Shown here: positions 38,001 through 50,919 of the stretch, in pieces
Layout of the letters: each line of letters starts with the position of its first letter
How positions within the stretch are numbered: position 1 is the stretch's first letter
Source: Camelus dromedarius
Taxonomy: Eukaryota
NCBI RefSeq assembly: GCF_036321535.1
Contig: NC_087436.1
Location: 13,640,001 to 13,704,000, forward strand
DNA length: 64,000 bases
Direction: 5' to 3'
Notes under the pieces: model-generated
Database searches by the model: none
What the model saw: the letters and a program-made list of their open reading frames with translations, nothing else
What the model was told of the DNA's origin: nothing
Made by a program: the position numbers and the translations under genes

Positions 38001-38589
38001 CTCTGTGTTGCGGCATCCTTTTAAGGCTGGGTTTTTAAAAATTGAAGTATCGTAATTCTGTTACTGGATCCCATAGCAAAAGCTCTGGGAAGCTGTCTTG
38101 GATACGTGAAAAGAATCTGGGATGGGAAACAGATGAGAGCAGGAACTTTAAACCTTGGGCATAGCGTGGCTTTGGAGCAGATTATGAAGCATCATTATAA
38201 CCCATCACAGAGCTTTCCAGCTCGCCCCAGCAGTCCACGGCGGATCCACCAGTCCACCGGGACTGGCGGGAGAAGGAACAGGCTCCGGAAGGCAGGAGCA
38301 GGGAGGGCCACTAGACGTCTGCTCATCTCCCATCAGAGAAGCAGGGCCATGGGTTTACCAGGTGAGCCTCACAGGTCAAAAGTACAAAACCAAGGGATGT
38401 TATAAGGGACATAAACACTAAATACTCCTGCCCCCTCGCCCCAAGCCTACCTCTCCCCTCTTGGTGGGGGACAGACAATGACCTTGTGCTGCGGGCAGGG
38501 TGACAGGGCAGGGACTATCCGGGGAGCTTTTCTTTTCTCCTTCTCTCTCCACCTAGGGTACAGATGTCTGTCCTTGATTCAAACACACC

Positions 38590-39530
38590 TTCCAAAAGAG
38601 GAAATGCAGGTGGCCAACAGGCACGTGAAAAGATGCTCAACACTGACAGCCATCGGGGAAATGCACATCAGAACCACAGTGAGATATCACCTGCCATCTG
38701 TCAGAATGGCCATCATCAAAAAGACCACAAATAACAAATACTGGCAAGGATGTGGAGAAAGAGAGCCCTCGTACACTGTTGGTGGGAGTGTAAATTGGCA
38801 CAGCCACGGTGGAAAACAGTATGGAGGTTTCTCAAAAAACTTAAAAATAGAACTACCATATGACCCAGCAATTCCACTTCTGGGTATATATCCGAAAAAA
38901 ATGAAAACACAAATTTGAAAAGATACATGGACCCCAATGCTCACAGCAGCGTTATTTATAGTTGCCAAGATACGGAAGCAACCTAAGTGTCCATCAACAG
39001 ATGAATGGATAAAGATGTGATGTATGTGTGTGTGTATATATATTCACACACACATATGTATATGTGTACATTCATATATACACACATATATACAATGGGA
39101 ATACTTGGCCATAAAAAAGAATGGAATTTTGCCATCTGCAACAATGTGGATGGACTTGGAGAGTATTATGCTCACAAGTGAAATAAGTCAGAGAAAGACT
39201 AATACTGTCCGATATCATTTACACGTGGAATCTAAAAACTACAACAGACTAGTGAATACAACAAAAAAGAAGCAGACTCACAGATATAGAGAATAAACTA
39301 GTGGTCACCAGTGGGGAGAGGTCAGAGAAGGGGAGGAGGGTGGAAGACTAAGAGGTATAAACTACTCCGTATAAAATAAGCTACAAGATATATTATACAA
39401 CCCAGGGAATAGAGCCATTATTTTATAATAACTATAAATGGAACAGAACCTTCAAAAACTCTGAACCCCTACCCTGTACACCTGTAACTTACATAATATT
39501 GTACGTCAACTATACTTCAATTTTTAAAAA
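38590..39530 (+). mobile_element. L1 ORF2 C-terminal region and 3' UTR
   Basis: ORF 38478..38918 contains HVKRCST...RYHLPSVRMAIIKK...IELPYDPAIPLLGIYPK; ends caactatacttcaa. Confidence 0.92.
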
Positions 39531-39862
39531 AGTCCCTTTCTGTGGACCATGGCGTGGTCCACCTAGGGGACAAGGAGTTAGCAACTCTCTCTCACCTCAG
39601 CTGACACAGGAGAATGTGGCTTATCAGTAACGATACAAAGAAGGCATTTTAGTTTTCTGGCTACTGATCCTGATCTATTCATCGGCTCAGAACCCAAGGA
39701 AGAGAGGCATTATTTATTGGGCATTTTCAAGACTTTTAACAAAAGTTTCTAGAATATCCCAACATAGTGAATGTTGGAAGGACATCAAAAGAGATTCAAA
39801 CCTCATAACTCTGTCAATAGCAGAGATGATAACTTCCTGCTTTTTAAGGTCATTTACTCAAA

Positions 39863-39953
39863 GGGAGGGTCTAGCTCAGTGGTTGAGCGCATGCTTAGCA
39901 TGCTCGAGGTCCTGGGTTCAATCCCCAGTATCGCCACCAAAAAAAATTCAAAA
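39863..39953 (+). mobile_element. Short Vic-1-like SINE (tRNA-like head only)
   Basis: TSD ttaaggtcatttact. Confidence 0.9.
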
Positions 39954-40010
39954 TTAAGGTCATTTACTTAATTATCAAGCACTCCCTTACTGCATGTTAC
40001 ACGACCAGGC

Positions 40011-40130
40011 TCTATGTAGGTGATAAGAAAATAAACGTTGATTAGGACACAATTCCTGCTCTTAAGGAGTTCTAAGTAGGTGATAAGAAAATAAATATTG
40101 ATTAGGACACAATTCCTGCTCTTAAGGAGC
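40011..40130. repeat. 2 x 60-bp tandem duplication
   Basis: Units 40011-40070 and 40071-40130 differ at 4 positions. Confidence 0.95.
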
Positions 40131-40293
40131 TAAGAGTCTTAATAAATGAAAGCACGTATATCAAAACAAAAGCTTTGGCATATTATCCTTGCTGCAACAG
40201 GGGCCTCTCAGGGTTTTCAGTAAAGAGCTGGTCAATTCTCCCAGGAGGCAAAAGAGGGACTAAGCAAGTGCTGAGTTAAAAGAGGGTCCAAGA

Positions 40294-40439
40294 GGGGAGG
40301 AGGGTATAGCTCAAGTGGCAGAGGTCATGCTTAGCATGCATGAGGTCCTGGGTTCAATCTCCAGTTTCTCCTCTACAAAAAAAAAAAAGAAATAAACCTA
40401 ATTACCTCCCCCCTCAAAAGAAGAAACTTGAAAAAAAAA
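40294..40439 (+). mobile_element. Vic-1-like SINE
   Basis: SINE head, body and A tail. Confidence 0.9.
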
Positions 40440-41895
40440 GGGGGCTAAGAAACTGTTCTCTCCTAGAAAACTGTTCTGTTCTACCAAGAGGGCAGAGATT
40501 TTGGAGAGGTCCACAGGGGTGATGCAGGGGAGGGGACTCCACTCGGTACAGAAAATACCGGAGGGGGAAACACGCCCAGACACACCCACAATTCTCTATC
40601 TCACCCTGGTCTTCACCACTTCCTTCCTATCTTACACTCAGCAACACTTTATCTCTTCCCAAACTCCCATTCCACTGAATCATTCTCACTGGAGGTGCCA
40701 ATGGGGCAAAAAAAAAAAAGGAAATATTTAGTATTTAAGCAACTTACTTGCTTTTAAAAGCTATATTCAGAGGTAGACAGGTAGGTCATGGCATATATTT
40801 ACCTGACAGATGGAATAACTCTCCTGAGTCTGACAGCCTAAACTTTTAATGCAAAGAAGATCAGACAGCATCTCATAGGCAAATAAATTTGATTAAACAC
40901 ATTATGATTCCACCCAGGTTTTCAGGAATCCTCAGTGATCACACACCCAGAAAACTGGTTTATTTCACTTAACTAATTATGTAAGATTTCAGTAAAACAG
41001 GGCAGCTACAGAAGCCTCTAACCTTTCTCTGTTTTTAGTTTCCGTCTCCGGCTCCTCGTTCAGACTTTTGCAACTTATTTGTGAGTGAGAAACCTGACCC
41101 TTTTCATTTCTCCCCTGATTGGAAATGTTCCTTGTCCTCCTCCCCACACTGATTTTACAGCTTCCCTTCCAGACTGACAGGGATCAGCACCTAAGGAGGC
41201 AAGAAGCAGGAAGGCCACGTGGGGCGCCCACCCCAAGCCTGGCAGGCACAGGCTGGCCCTGGCCCAACACCTGTCCCGGGCGGGCAGGAACAAGGGCCCG
41301 GCACCAGTGCGCCAAAGTAAGGCTGTGCCAATCCTAAAAGGGCAGGAACTCCTGGTCCAAACGGTCTTAGATAGCACACAGAATACCCAGAAATAATCTC
41401 GCCTGGACACCACCCAGTAACAGGACACTGCGGCGGGGGAGGGGCCCCCTCATCACATACACACTCAGAAAAATACAGAAAGGAGATGACAGAATATTCT
41501 TCCTGGCCACCTTTGCTGAGTGTGACAGTGGTCATGCAGCCTGTTTCTAAATTTTCACTTCTCTGGTTTCCTGTGTTTTCTTGTAATTACATTACAATTT
41601 CTTATAATCACGATCTCCCTTTGGGAGAATTCAATAAGATGACACCACGTCGGGGAGCTACACACAAAACCTCTTTTGCTTGGTGGAACTGTGTGTCACC
41701 AGTTTCCCTCCAACTTTAAAACCTCTCTACCACTATAAAGCTGTTAAAAATAAATTAATTAAAATAAATTAATAAAAATAAATTAAATTAAATGTTTTAA
41801 AAAGAAAAAAATAGATTAAATAAATAAATAAATAAATAAAACCTCTCTTTACCACAATAAAGGTGTTAAAAAATAAATTAAAATAAATTAAATTA

Positions 41896-42030
41896 GGGGA
41901 GGGTATACAGCTCAGTGGTAGAGCGCATGCTTAGCATCCACAAGGCCCTAGGTTCAATCCCCAGTACCTCTATTAAAATAATAATAATAATAATAATAAA
42001 AAATAAATAAACCTAATTGATACCCTCAAA
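41896..42030 (+). mobile_element. Vic-1-like SINE with an (AAT)n linker
   Basis: SINE head; nested in an AT-rich retroposon tail. Confidence 0.88.
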
Positions 42031-42924
42031 AGATATAAATTTTTTTAAATAATGAATTAAATGTTTTAAAAGAAAAAAAGGAAGAAAACGTCTCTATTTC
42101 CCAAATTGCCTTATAATTCGATTTTTAACAATAAATGCTATTTTACGACTCCAATAATAATGAGTTAAGTTCTTGTAACTCTCTGAGACAAGGTTATTGC
42201 TGTCGTGACCCTACAGGCCAGACTCTGAGAGAACACCAACTTCAAATATTCTGCTTTGCCCAAGTAAACATTCTTCAAACCTCAATGACCTGGATCCAAA
42301 ACAACACTAAAGAAAACATTCAAAAATAAAACTCCTTGCTTCTTCATGAGCCTAACACCATTCTGCGTACACGGTTCTGTCCCGCCAGGTACTTGACGGT
42401 CACAATCACGGAGTGTGATCTAGTTTATATTCAACTGTTCACCTGTTGGACCTTACTACATTAGCATCATAATTGTAACTTGGGACAATTACTAAAAATT
42501 CTATGTTGATATTCTTAAATTTATCAAATCCTTTCCCCACTGTTGAGCCTTTAATCTGTTTCTACTGTTTTTGCCATTATAAAAATGTTGCAAAAGAAAG
42601 AAATTTAATTATTTGCATTTATCTTTCCTGGAACATGAATTACTAAGTCAACAGATATGAAACTCATAACCCACTGAACTATACATGGCGGAAAATTTAA
42701 AGCACACTGAGTCAGCACGGCCAGTCCTAGCTCTGCTCTCAATCTCCACCAAGTAACCTAAACTCTAAGACAATTCTACCATTTCTAAAATAAGAATAAT
42801 ACCACCTGCCCTGTAGTAAATCTGCTGAAGGTCATCTGGTTGGTGTGGTGAGAAGGTGAAGTTATACAAATCTTGATACTACAATGAGCAGATACGCTAT
42901 TTGGGGCTCTCAACTCAGATGCCC

Positions 42925-43500
42925 ACTGACTCATCCACCTATTAAAAACTCTGGGGGCTCCCCTCAGTGTACCAAACACTAAGATGATGCTGAAATTATA
43001 AAAATGAAAAAGAAACAGGCCTGGACCCAGAGAGCTCGTGGAAGAACCAGGGTGGGGACAGCCCGGGACACTGAGTGCTAAAGCAGGTTTGCACCAAGTG
43101 CCGGGGGACCAGGGCAGAGACTTGTCCAGGTACCTGGAGAGGATCCAGGGGAGGTAACATCTAAACTGGGTCTCGACGGATAGAATCAGAAGGAGAACTG
43201 GAGTTAGAATGGGGTAAAATCTTATGAAGGGGAGACAGTCTGTAAAAAGGGATGGCAGGGACGAGCGGTCTGTGAGGCCAGAGTTGAGAAGACAGGGGTG
43301 GTACCTCCGAGGCTGGAGAAGAAGCTGGACCCAGGTGATGAGGGACCTTGTATGCCAAACTAAGGCGCTTGGGCTGTATCCTGCAAACAACAGGAGACCT
43401 GGCCAGTGCAGTGATCAGGGAAATAACGAATAGTTGTGTTGAAGAAGACTTCACCAGCAGGGGTGGCATGTGCACTGGAGGGGAGAAAGCCTGACTGAGG
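42925..43500 (-). mobile_element. L2 remnant
   Basis: gaccttgtatgccaaactaaggcgcttgggctgtatcctgca... typical antisense L2. Confidence 0.55.
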
Positions 43501-44850
43501 GAGGGGGAATAACCCAGGTGCCCAAGGTGACAGTAAAAGCGGGGGACCCTCAGATTCTCACTTAAACCCACTGTCATGGTGATGTCTTGTCTGCTAGGAA
43601 TGCTCACTTCATAAAGGCCAAAACAAATGGGGGGAAAAAAGGCAATTTTAATTCCTCATGTTTGCCTACTTTCTTCCCAAGAGCAGACACACGTGCACAG
43701 CAGAGAGGCTGAAATGTACACCCTTCTCTCCAGTGAACTCAGTGATCGACACAGACCAGCCAGCCAGCATGAATTTAGACAGAGGACAAATCACATAAAC
43801 ACTCTTGGTTTCAGCAGAAGAGAGTGAGCCATTTAATCCAATTCCACTGAGCAGGAAAAATGCAAAAGTCAGATATGGATTGACACACGCAAGAAGGAAA
43901 GAAATGAGCTCATACTACAAAAAACATTGAGATAACCTAACAATTATTCACAGGCACCCTAGTTTATTTCACAAGATGGACACATTCTTTGGTTACTCCA
44001 AAAAAACTGAGATCGAACTCAGGATCCACATTAAGAGGCAGAACAAGTTACGATCTATAGAACATAATAAATGCTAACAGTTTGCCCCTGTTCATAGAAA
44101 AAAGATCAAATAAAATGGACGTGTTTCTTTTGGCCATTTTCCCTGAATATAAGCTCTTTTAGAAAAGGCGGAGGAGGGGCAAAATAGCAAACAATGCCCT
44201 TTTCAGAGTGCTTTAGTAAAGTTATACCCTGTGATTTTGGGGGGTTGATGCTGTTCTGGGTGATTTACAGATAATCATTTAAAGCTTCCAACGAGAGGCA
44301 GTGTGGTTCAGTGGAAAGATCACAAGCCTGGAAACAGACAGACCAGACAGAGGTATGAAATAAGCTTTCTGACCTCATACAAGCAGTTCATTTCTCCTCC
44401 AGTTTGTACCCGTAAAGTAAACCTAATGGGGTTTTTTTTGAGCATTATTTAAACTTGATTTCTGTCATAACTAACTAAATCTTTCAGCAGCTCGGGAGAC
44501 AAGACCAAGTGCTGCCACAGTACATCTGTAGGAGGTAACATGCAGGAAGTTGCAAGGAGTAAGTGAGCCTAACTGTCCTGATCACATAAAATTTCTAGTT
44601 GCTACCTTAGGAAGCAATTTTAAGCAAGTGCAAGCAAAGGCCAGTGACCATCCTCTGTATCTGAGAAACTCCAAGCCAAGTTGATATATTAATTTCTGCC
44701 TAAGCTTTCTCGCTCCATAGCTTTCTACCAGATACACTTTCTAGCTCTGTATTAGAAAAGATTCGATTATGAACACTACATCCCCACACCCTCCTTCCCC
44801 TTTTAAGGGAATTGACCTCCTGAACTTAGTATCCACCCCAGATGATGGGT

Positions 44851-44963
44851 TTTTTTTTTCCTAGTTTGTTTATTTATTTATTTTTTAATGGAAGTACTAG
44901 GGATTGAACCCAGGACCTTATGCATGCTAGGCAAGCACTCTACCTCTGAGCTGTACCCTCCCC
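44851..44963 (-). mobile_element. Vic-1-like SINE
   Basis: Perfect TSD ccagatgatgggtt. Confidence 0.92.
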
Positions 44964-45612
44964 ACCAGATGATGGGTTCTTGACCACAGGCAGAAAACAG
45001 ATAAAAACACGGGACAAAAAGGCTATCAAAATAAAGACACTCCTATCTGCGGAAAGATAGCTGGCAATCTCACAGCCTCTCACGACACAGCTAGAACGTA
45101 TTTTATGTATGCAGTTTAAATGCAAAAATATTACAGTTGAGATGTTTTCTGAGGAATGACATTATTTCTTAAATCTAAATTTTATAGGTTTTGTTTTTGT
45201 TTTTAGGTGTAGCAAGCCTTGAAAAATGACTTCAATGTTTCTTTTTCTCAAGCACCATAAAAATAAAAGAAATGTAAATAAGTGTCTTTTAAGAAATATT
45301 TTTTGATATTTGGATCTCTCAATACTGGATTCTCACCAAAGAGAAGCCAAAAAAAAAAAAAAGTAAGCTTTACCTGAAAACTCTGAAATGTACTCTATAC
45401 TGTAGGGACACTGTGCTGTGTTCACTGCTCTATCACTTACTGGAACATTCAAGAAATGACATCCAGTAAGTGTTCGTTAACTGACCGGTGCAAGGAGCTG
45501 TGCCCACCAGGGGCAGCCTTGGAAAGTAACTCGGTTAAGTCATAGATCTCAGCATAAATGAAGATGAAGGAGACAATCTATGGTTAGGAGTGGAGTCAAA
45601 GCTGAGAAATTC

Positions 45613-47119
45613 AACAAGGATGCCGAGACAATTCAATGGGGAAGGAATGTCTTTTCAACGAGTGGTACTAGAATTATTGGAGACGCCTATGGCAAAGAAT
45701 GAACTTGGACCCCGAGCACACACTGTACACTAAAATGAGCTCAGAACGGCTCATAGACCTCACTGGAAAAGATAAACTATAAAACTCTCAGAAGAAAACA
45801 TATGAGGAACTCTTCATAACCGTGGGCTCTATTAGATATGACACTAAAAGCATAAGTGACCAAATAAAAAACAGCTAAACTGGACATCATCAAAATTAAA
45901 AGTGAAGGGGACAGTGTAGTTCAGTGGTAGAGTGCATGCCTAGCATGCACGAGGTCCTGGGTTCAATCCCCAGTACTTCCACTAAAATAAATACATAAAC
46001 CTAATTACCTGCCCCCTCCGAAAAAAAAAATCAAAATGAAAAATGAAAAAGCACCCTATAAGATGGGAGAAAATATTTACAAATCATTACCTGATGGAAG
46101 CCTAGTATCTAGAATATATAAAGGACACTTACATCTCAGTGATTTAAAAAAACCCAATTTAAAAACAGGCAAAGGATTTGAATAGCTATTTCTCCAAAGG
46201 AGATATATAAATGACCAAAAGCACATGAAAAGACGCTCAACATCATGAGCCATTTAGGAAGTGCAAATAAAATCCACATGGAATATCACTTCACACCCAC
46301 CAGAATGGCTATAAAAAAGCAAAACAAACCCCCCACAAAAAAAACCCAGAAAATAATAAGCCTTGGGAAAGTTGTAGAGAAACTGGAATCCTTATATATT
46401 GCTGGTGAGACTGTAAAATAACTTCAGAAAACAGTTTGACGGTTCCTCAAAATATCAGACACAGAATTACCATATGACCCAGCAAAATTCCACTCTTACA
46501 TACTACACTCAGGAGAACGGTTTGAGAGTTACATGAGACAACAGTACTGTCGGTATGTAGTCATAAGAACATCAATACCCTTGCACGTAGTAAGCATGTT
46601 ACTTAGTACTAAAAAAACTGAAACTAAATCATGTGGTAACATGGGCTGCTTTAGAGAATATGTCCACACAAACTTGTACGTGAATGGTCCCAGCCACAGA
46701 ACTCTTAACAGCCCAAAAGTGGAAACAAATCAAATGTCCGCCGATTGATAAATGGTTAAACAAAATCTAGCATATGCCTACAACAGTACATTATCTGGCA
46801 ATAAAAAGGATGGAAAAACTGATGTGTGCTATGACATGGATGAAACTCGAAAACATTACGCTAAGCAAAAGAAGCCAGTCACAAAAGACCACACAATTCA
46901 TTTATATGAAATGTCCAGAGTGGACAAGCCTACAGAGACAGAGAATAGAGCAGTAGCTGCCAGTGATTAAGGCAATGAAAATGTTCGAAAATCAGACTGT
47001 GGTGATGGCTGCATAATTCTGTGACTACACTTGAAACCACTGCCTTGTACACTTGAAGTGGGTGAATTTTGTGGTATGTGAGCTCTATCTCAATAAAGCT
47101 GTTCAAATATAAATAAAAA
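45613..47119 (+). mobile_element. Old L1MB-type ORF2 3' part and 3' UTR, interrupted by a SINE and a 136-bp insert
   Basis: caaggatgccgagacaattcaatgggg...catatgacccagca...tatctcaataaagctgtt. Confidence 0.88.
45907..46030 (+). mobile_element. Vic-1-like SINE nested in an old L1
   Basis: TSD-like atcaaaat(t/g)aaaa. Confidence 0.9.
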
Positions 47120-48710
47120 TGCACAAAGGGAAAGAACAAAGAAGCAAGACGGAGAGTTTGGGGACCAGCTGAAGCAGAAACAAAGACCAAGAAAAGCCAA
47201 GTCACCATCAAGGTGGGCCCAGGGCAGGTGAGTGCAGACCCCTCCGGTCCAAGCTTCCCTCAACCCCCGGCCACCAGCCCTCAGACGGCGGGCCCTGGGC
47301 GAGGCTGGGGGACGCTGTGGAAAGCCCGGTCAGATGGCCCCCGCCTTCACGGGGCTGAAAGTCCACGGAGTGAAGGAAAGAGTGGCTAAGGACCACATTA
47401 CAGGAGTGTCCAGCTGGACTAGGAAGCCCAGGAACTAGACTGGGAGAGACCGCAAGGTGCCCTGAAGGACACAAGGTAGGAAAGGAAGGATGAAAAGACA
47501 GGGAGGGGAGTCTGGGGGAAACCACCACCACGGAGGACCTGGGGCAGGAGAGGAAGTGGACAGGTGGGCGGCGGAGGAAGGGTCCTGTGTGCCAGTAACC
47601 CAGGGGCCAGAGCAGTGAGCAGGCCTGCCGGCCACACTCAGGCTTCGGTTTAAGCCCTCACACCTACAGGAATGCCCAGGGAAGGGGTAAGCAGGTGACT
47701 CATCTGGTCCAGCTATCATTTTTGGGAAGAGGACTTCCCAAAGGGAAGGGTCAAAGCAGATGCTGGCAGACCAGTTAACAGGCTGCTGCAGTGGTCCAGG
47801 AGAGAGATGAGGATGGCAGGGAGGCAGGAAAGGGCAGAGCGCATCATGGCAAGGACAGGGTCTCCAGGGAGAGTGAAGGACAGGCAAGCTCTCTTCCCAG
47901 CAGGGCCTCTCTCTGAGGCCCTTAATTCCACGTATCCTTAAATTAACCTCGTTAACAAAGGCGATCTGAACACCCGCCTCGGTTTCAGCACTTTTATCGC
48001 CACTAATATGGCATGAGGCACTCAAAACTCTCGCTCTCGGTCACCAGAGAAACCCAGGCATTCTTAACTGCCCCCCTTCACTGAAGGACAGCCCTGAGAT
48101 ACGGCCAAAAATGTTCATAGGAAAAACCTGCAGATGAAACTTTCTGTGGCCCTTCCGAGCCCTTCTGAAATGCAAGTCAGATCACAGCCGCTCCTGCCCC
48201 AAACCTCTCAGTACAGTCCCACTGGTTTTAGGACTTACACCAAATCCAAATTTGCAAATTACAAGAAACCTCCCTTAAATGCCCGAGGAAGGACTATTAT
48301 TCCATTTAATAAAAAAATAATAACAACATTTAAAACTCTAAGAATTAACTATTTGGGGGCAAAGCACCTGGACCTTTAATTACAGGTAAATTAACTTCAC
48401 TTGTCTCCCGACTGGAACGAAAGCTCCATGAAGACAGAAGTGCTGGACTGATGTCTGGCCCAGAGCAGAGGCTCAGGAAGACTTGATGGTGAAGAAAGCC
48501 TGGGTACCGTGACTGACAGAAAGTCCGAGCAGTGGTCTTTATTTATTCATCAGAAAGAAAGGTTGGCAAGGTGGTAAGCTTCATAACATACTGGTACAAC
48601 AGTTTTCTGAATTTCAAAAGTCATCCATAGTTACCAGGATAAAAAATCAAAGGGAAAAAAACAGCCAACCCTATAAGCTATTAATTAAATACGCATTAGA
48701 AGAATTTTAA

Positions 48711-48877
48711 GGGGGGAGGCTATAGCTCATGTGGTAGAAAACATGCTTAGCATGCATGAGGTCCTGGGTTCAATCCCCAGTACCTCCTCTAAAAATAAAG
48801 AAATAATCCTCATTACCTCCCCTCCAAAAAACCAAAAAAAAAATTGTTTTTAAATTAAAAGCCAAAAAAAAAAAAAA
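48711..48877 (+). mobile_element. Vic-1-like SINE
   Basis: TSD aagaattttaagg. Confidence 0.9.
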
Positions 48878-49467
48878 GAATTTTAAGGTAGCATTATACA
48901 CCTACTAAAACATCAAAAACGTTTCTTGCCACCAAGCCACACCCAGGCAGGAGAGGGGAGGGGGTAAGACACTCTTGCTGAAATGTCATTACCGGGACCA
49001 GGGAGGTTCTGCCTTCCTGAAAAGCACCCTGGCAAGACTAACAAGTTCTATAAAACGGTTTCACAGTCTTTAGCTACAGAATCCTCTTGACAAAATACAC
49101 CCCAAAGAAACAGGCAGTCCAAAAGGGAAATAGAGAAACTTGTAAAATATGTACATAGCCTAGTGGTAACAATAATGAAAAACTGGACACTTCACAAATG
49201 ACCAACAACAGGACTAAGCAAACTATGAAATATTGGTTCTGTGGACTATCCAGCCGTTAAAAAGAACTATTATGACTTCTACTGACACTTTACATATATA
49301 TATTATTTCCATACGTATCAGGATTTTTTCCAAGAGGAGCACATATTAAAATCCTCATCTTGACGATGTAAAAAGGTCTGTGTGTACTCTGCAAAAGACA
49401 TCTAAATTTAGAGGTCACCGAATGTGGTGTTTACCGGCATTCAAAATAAATTTACTACTAAAATCAC

Positions 49468-49578
49468 CTGTGTCTGCGAAAGCTGAATGCTCTGGACCTG
49501 CGGGAGGAGGAAGTAAGCGTTCGGTAGCTGCTTTGCAGACCCTCCTGCAGAGATTCTGCGAGTGCCAACTCCAGATAC
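49468..49578 (-). CDS. TMEM131L: TMEM131L exon ~7 ([37 protein letters not shown])
   Basis: 111 nt; ctgcag|GTA, CAG|gtgatt. Confidence 0.94.
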
Positions 49579-50407
49579 CTGCAGGAGAAAAGGGTGGAGG
49601 CGGATTACTCCTCTGTCAGTTTTGAAACACACATGACATAGTAATGAAATACCTTTCCAAAGGACATCTGTGCTTATCAACTTGGCCTTCAAGACTATTT
49701 AGTCCAATTACTATGATTATCTTTGTCTACAAAAAAAAGGCAACAAAAGTTGCTGTATTTAAGCTGGATGTTCCTCATTGTAGCAACTCTTCTCAGAAAC
49801 AGGCATCTTTAATAATATGGGATCATGTGTTTAACGGACTCCAGTAGGAATTTGCCACAAAAATGATAGCTTTTGGCACTTAAAGGTGTCACAGATACCA
49901 CTTAAGATCAAAAGCCCTGACTATTTTTGTGAACAACAGAAAGATTCCTCTCCCTTCCTCCCCAGTGCTCTGAGAGAACTGTGAGCTCCCTGAGAACTGG
50001 CTTCCCCAGCACGGGACCCCTGTCCCCAACCAGAAAGAGTTCCGAGTCCCAGAGAGGAGGAGACAACGTCACCAGGGGCTGCCCAGAACTCCAGACCCCT
50101 GGACTGTCTGAGGTGAGGGACGTGAGTTTTGAAATCCCACTATTCTTTATACTAGAAATCTGTACTGTAGGTTTCTCTGTTTCTTTCCAATACCCTCCCA
50201 AGATCCAGGGCCAGCTACGGCTCTGCACTCTGTCCTGAGGACATCCGACTAGGGGAAGGGGGATTGCTGTTGAGCTGTCATCAGCGAAATAGTCCTTTAT
50301 CTCCATGACATCAACCAGGTGGCAACGCTTCCAAAAGTCTTTTTTTATCCAAACCCTTTCATTAAGTCAACAGCCAAATCACACGACAGAAGGAAAAAGT
50401 GACTTAC

Positions 50408-50524
50408 ATGATAGGAAAGGACTCCGTATGAGGAGGTATTAATAAATAAAGAACTTTCAATGTTTCCTTCTTCAGTGGGTAAGAAAATAATTCTGAAGGA
50501 GGTTCTCCCCATTGCAGGAATCAC
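50408..50524 (-). CDS. TMEM131L: TMEM131L exon ~6 ([39 protein letters not shown])
   Basis: 117 nt, phase 0/0; ttccag|GTG, CAT|gtaagt. Confidence 0.95.
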
Positions 50525-50919
50525 CTGGAAGAAAGGGACCTCATTAGCCACCTAGAACAGCCCCTCTGTGACAAACTATCTGTCACAGACTTTCTTTTTG
50601 ACGATTCCTGTTGCCAGATGATTACAGGTTCCCGCACCCTTGATTGTATAAATGAATTCATGTATCATGAATCCCTGAGGCTGTCCGAACAGACCAAGAC
50701 CTAACTATCTAAGAGAAAATATCAAAGTGCACGCCATGGACTTATGGTGAGAGAGCTCTCACCCCGGTTGGCGGTCATGTGCCTCACATCGTTCCTCCAC
50801 CCTCCTCTTCCTCTCCCCCGTGTTCAAGGGCCTGTGTGGGACACAGTCCTACCTCCACTTAAGCAAAGAGAGGCACCGATGGTAAAACATGTGGATATTT
50901 CATAAAAGTCAAGGACTGT

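Larger units (their letters stand above)
36630..38131 (+). repeat. Dispersed direct duplication of about 140 bp (36630-36770 and 37986-38131)
   Basis: Shared ggcatcctt.taaggctggg...attgaagtatc...tggatcccat...gggaagctgtcttggatacgtgaaaagaat.tgggatgggaaaca. Confidence 0.9.

Noticed and set aside
38478..38918. 146-aa ORF as an independent gene
   Set aside because: It is an L1 ORF2 C-terminal fragment that ends at a premature stop.
39863..39937. tRNA-Ala(AGC)-like sequences here and at 18 other sites as real tRNA genes
   Set aside because: They carry the SINE 5' leader, A-rich tails and often TSDs; they are retroposed SINE copies.
41075..41700. Possible solo LTR or enhancer (GC-richer block)
   Set aside because: I could not define TG...CA ends with a TSD or a family match; unsupported without a search.
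42785..43607. 201-aa and 148-aa minus-strand ORFs (similarly the 196-aa ORF at 47435..48025)
   Set aside because: They overlap decayed L2-like sequence, have low-complexity Pro/Leu/Ser composition and show no recognisable domain.
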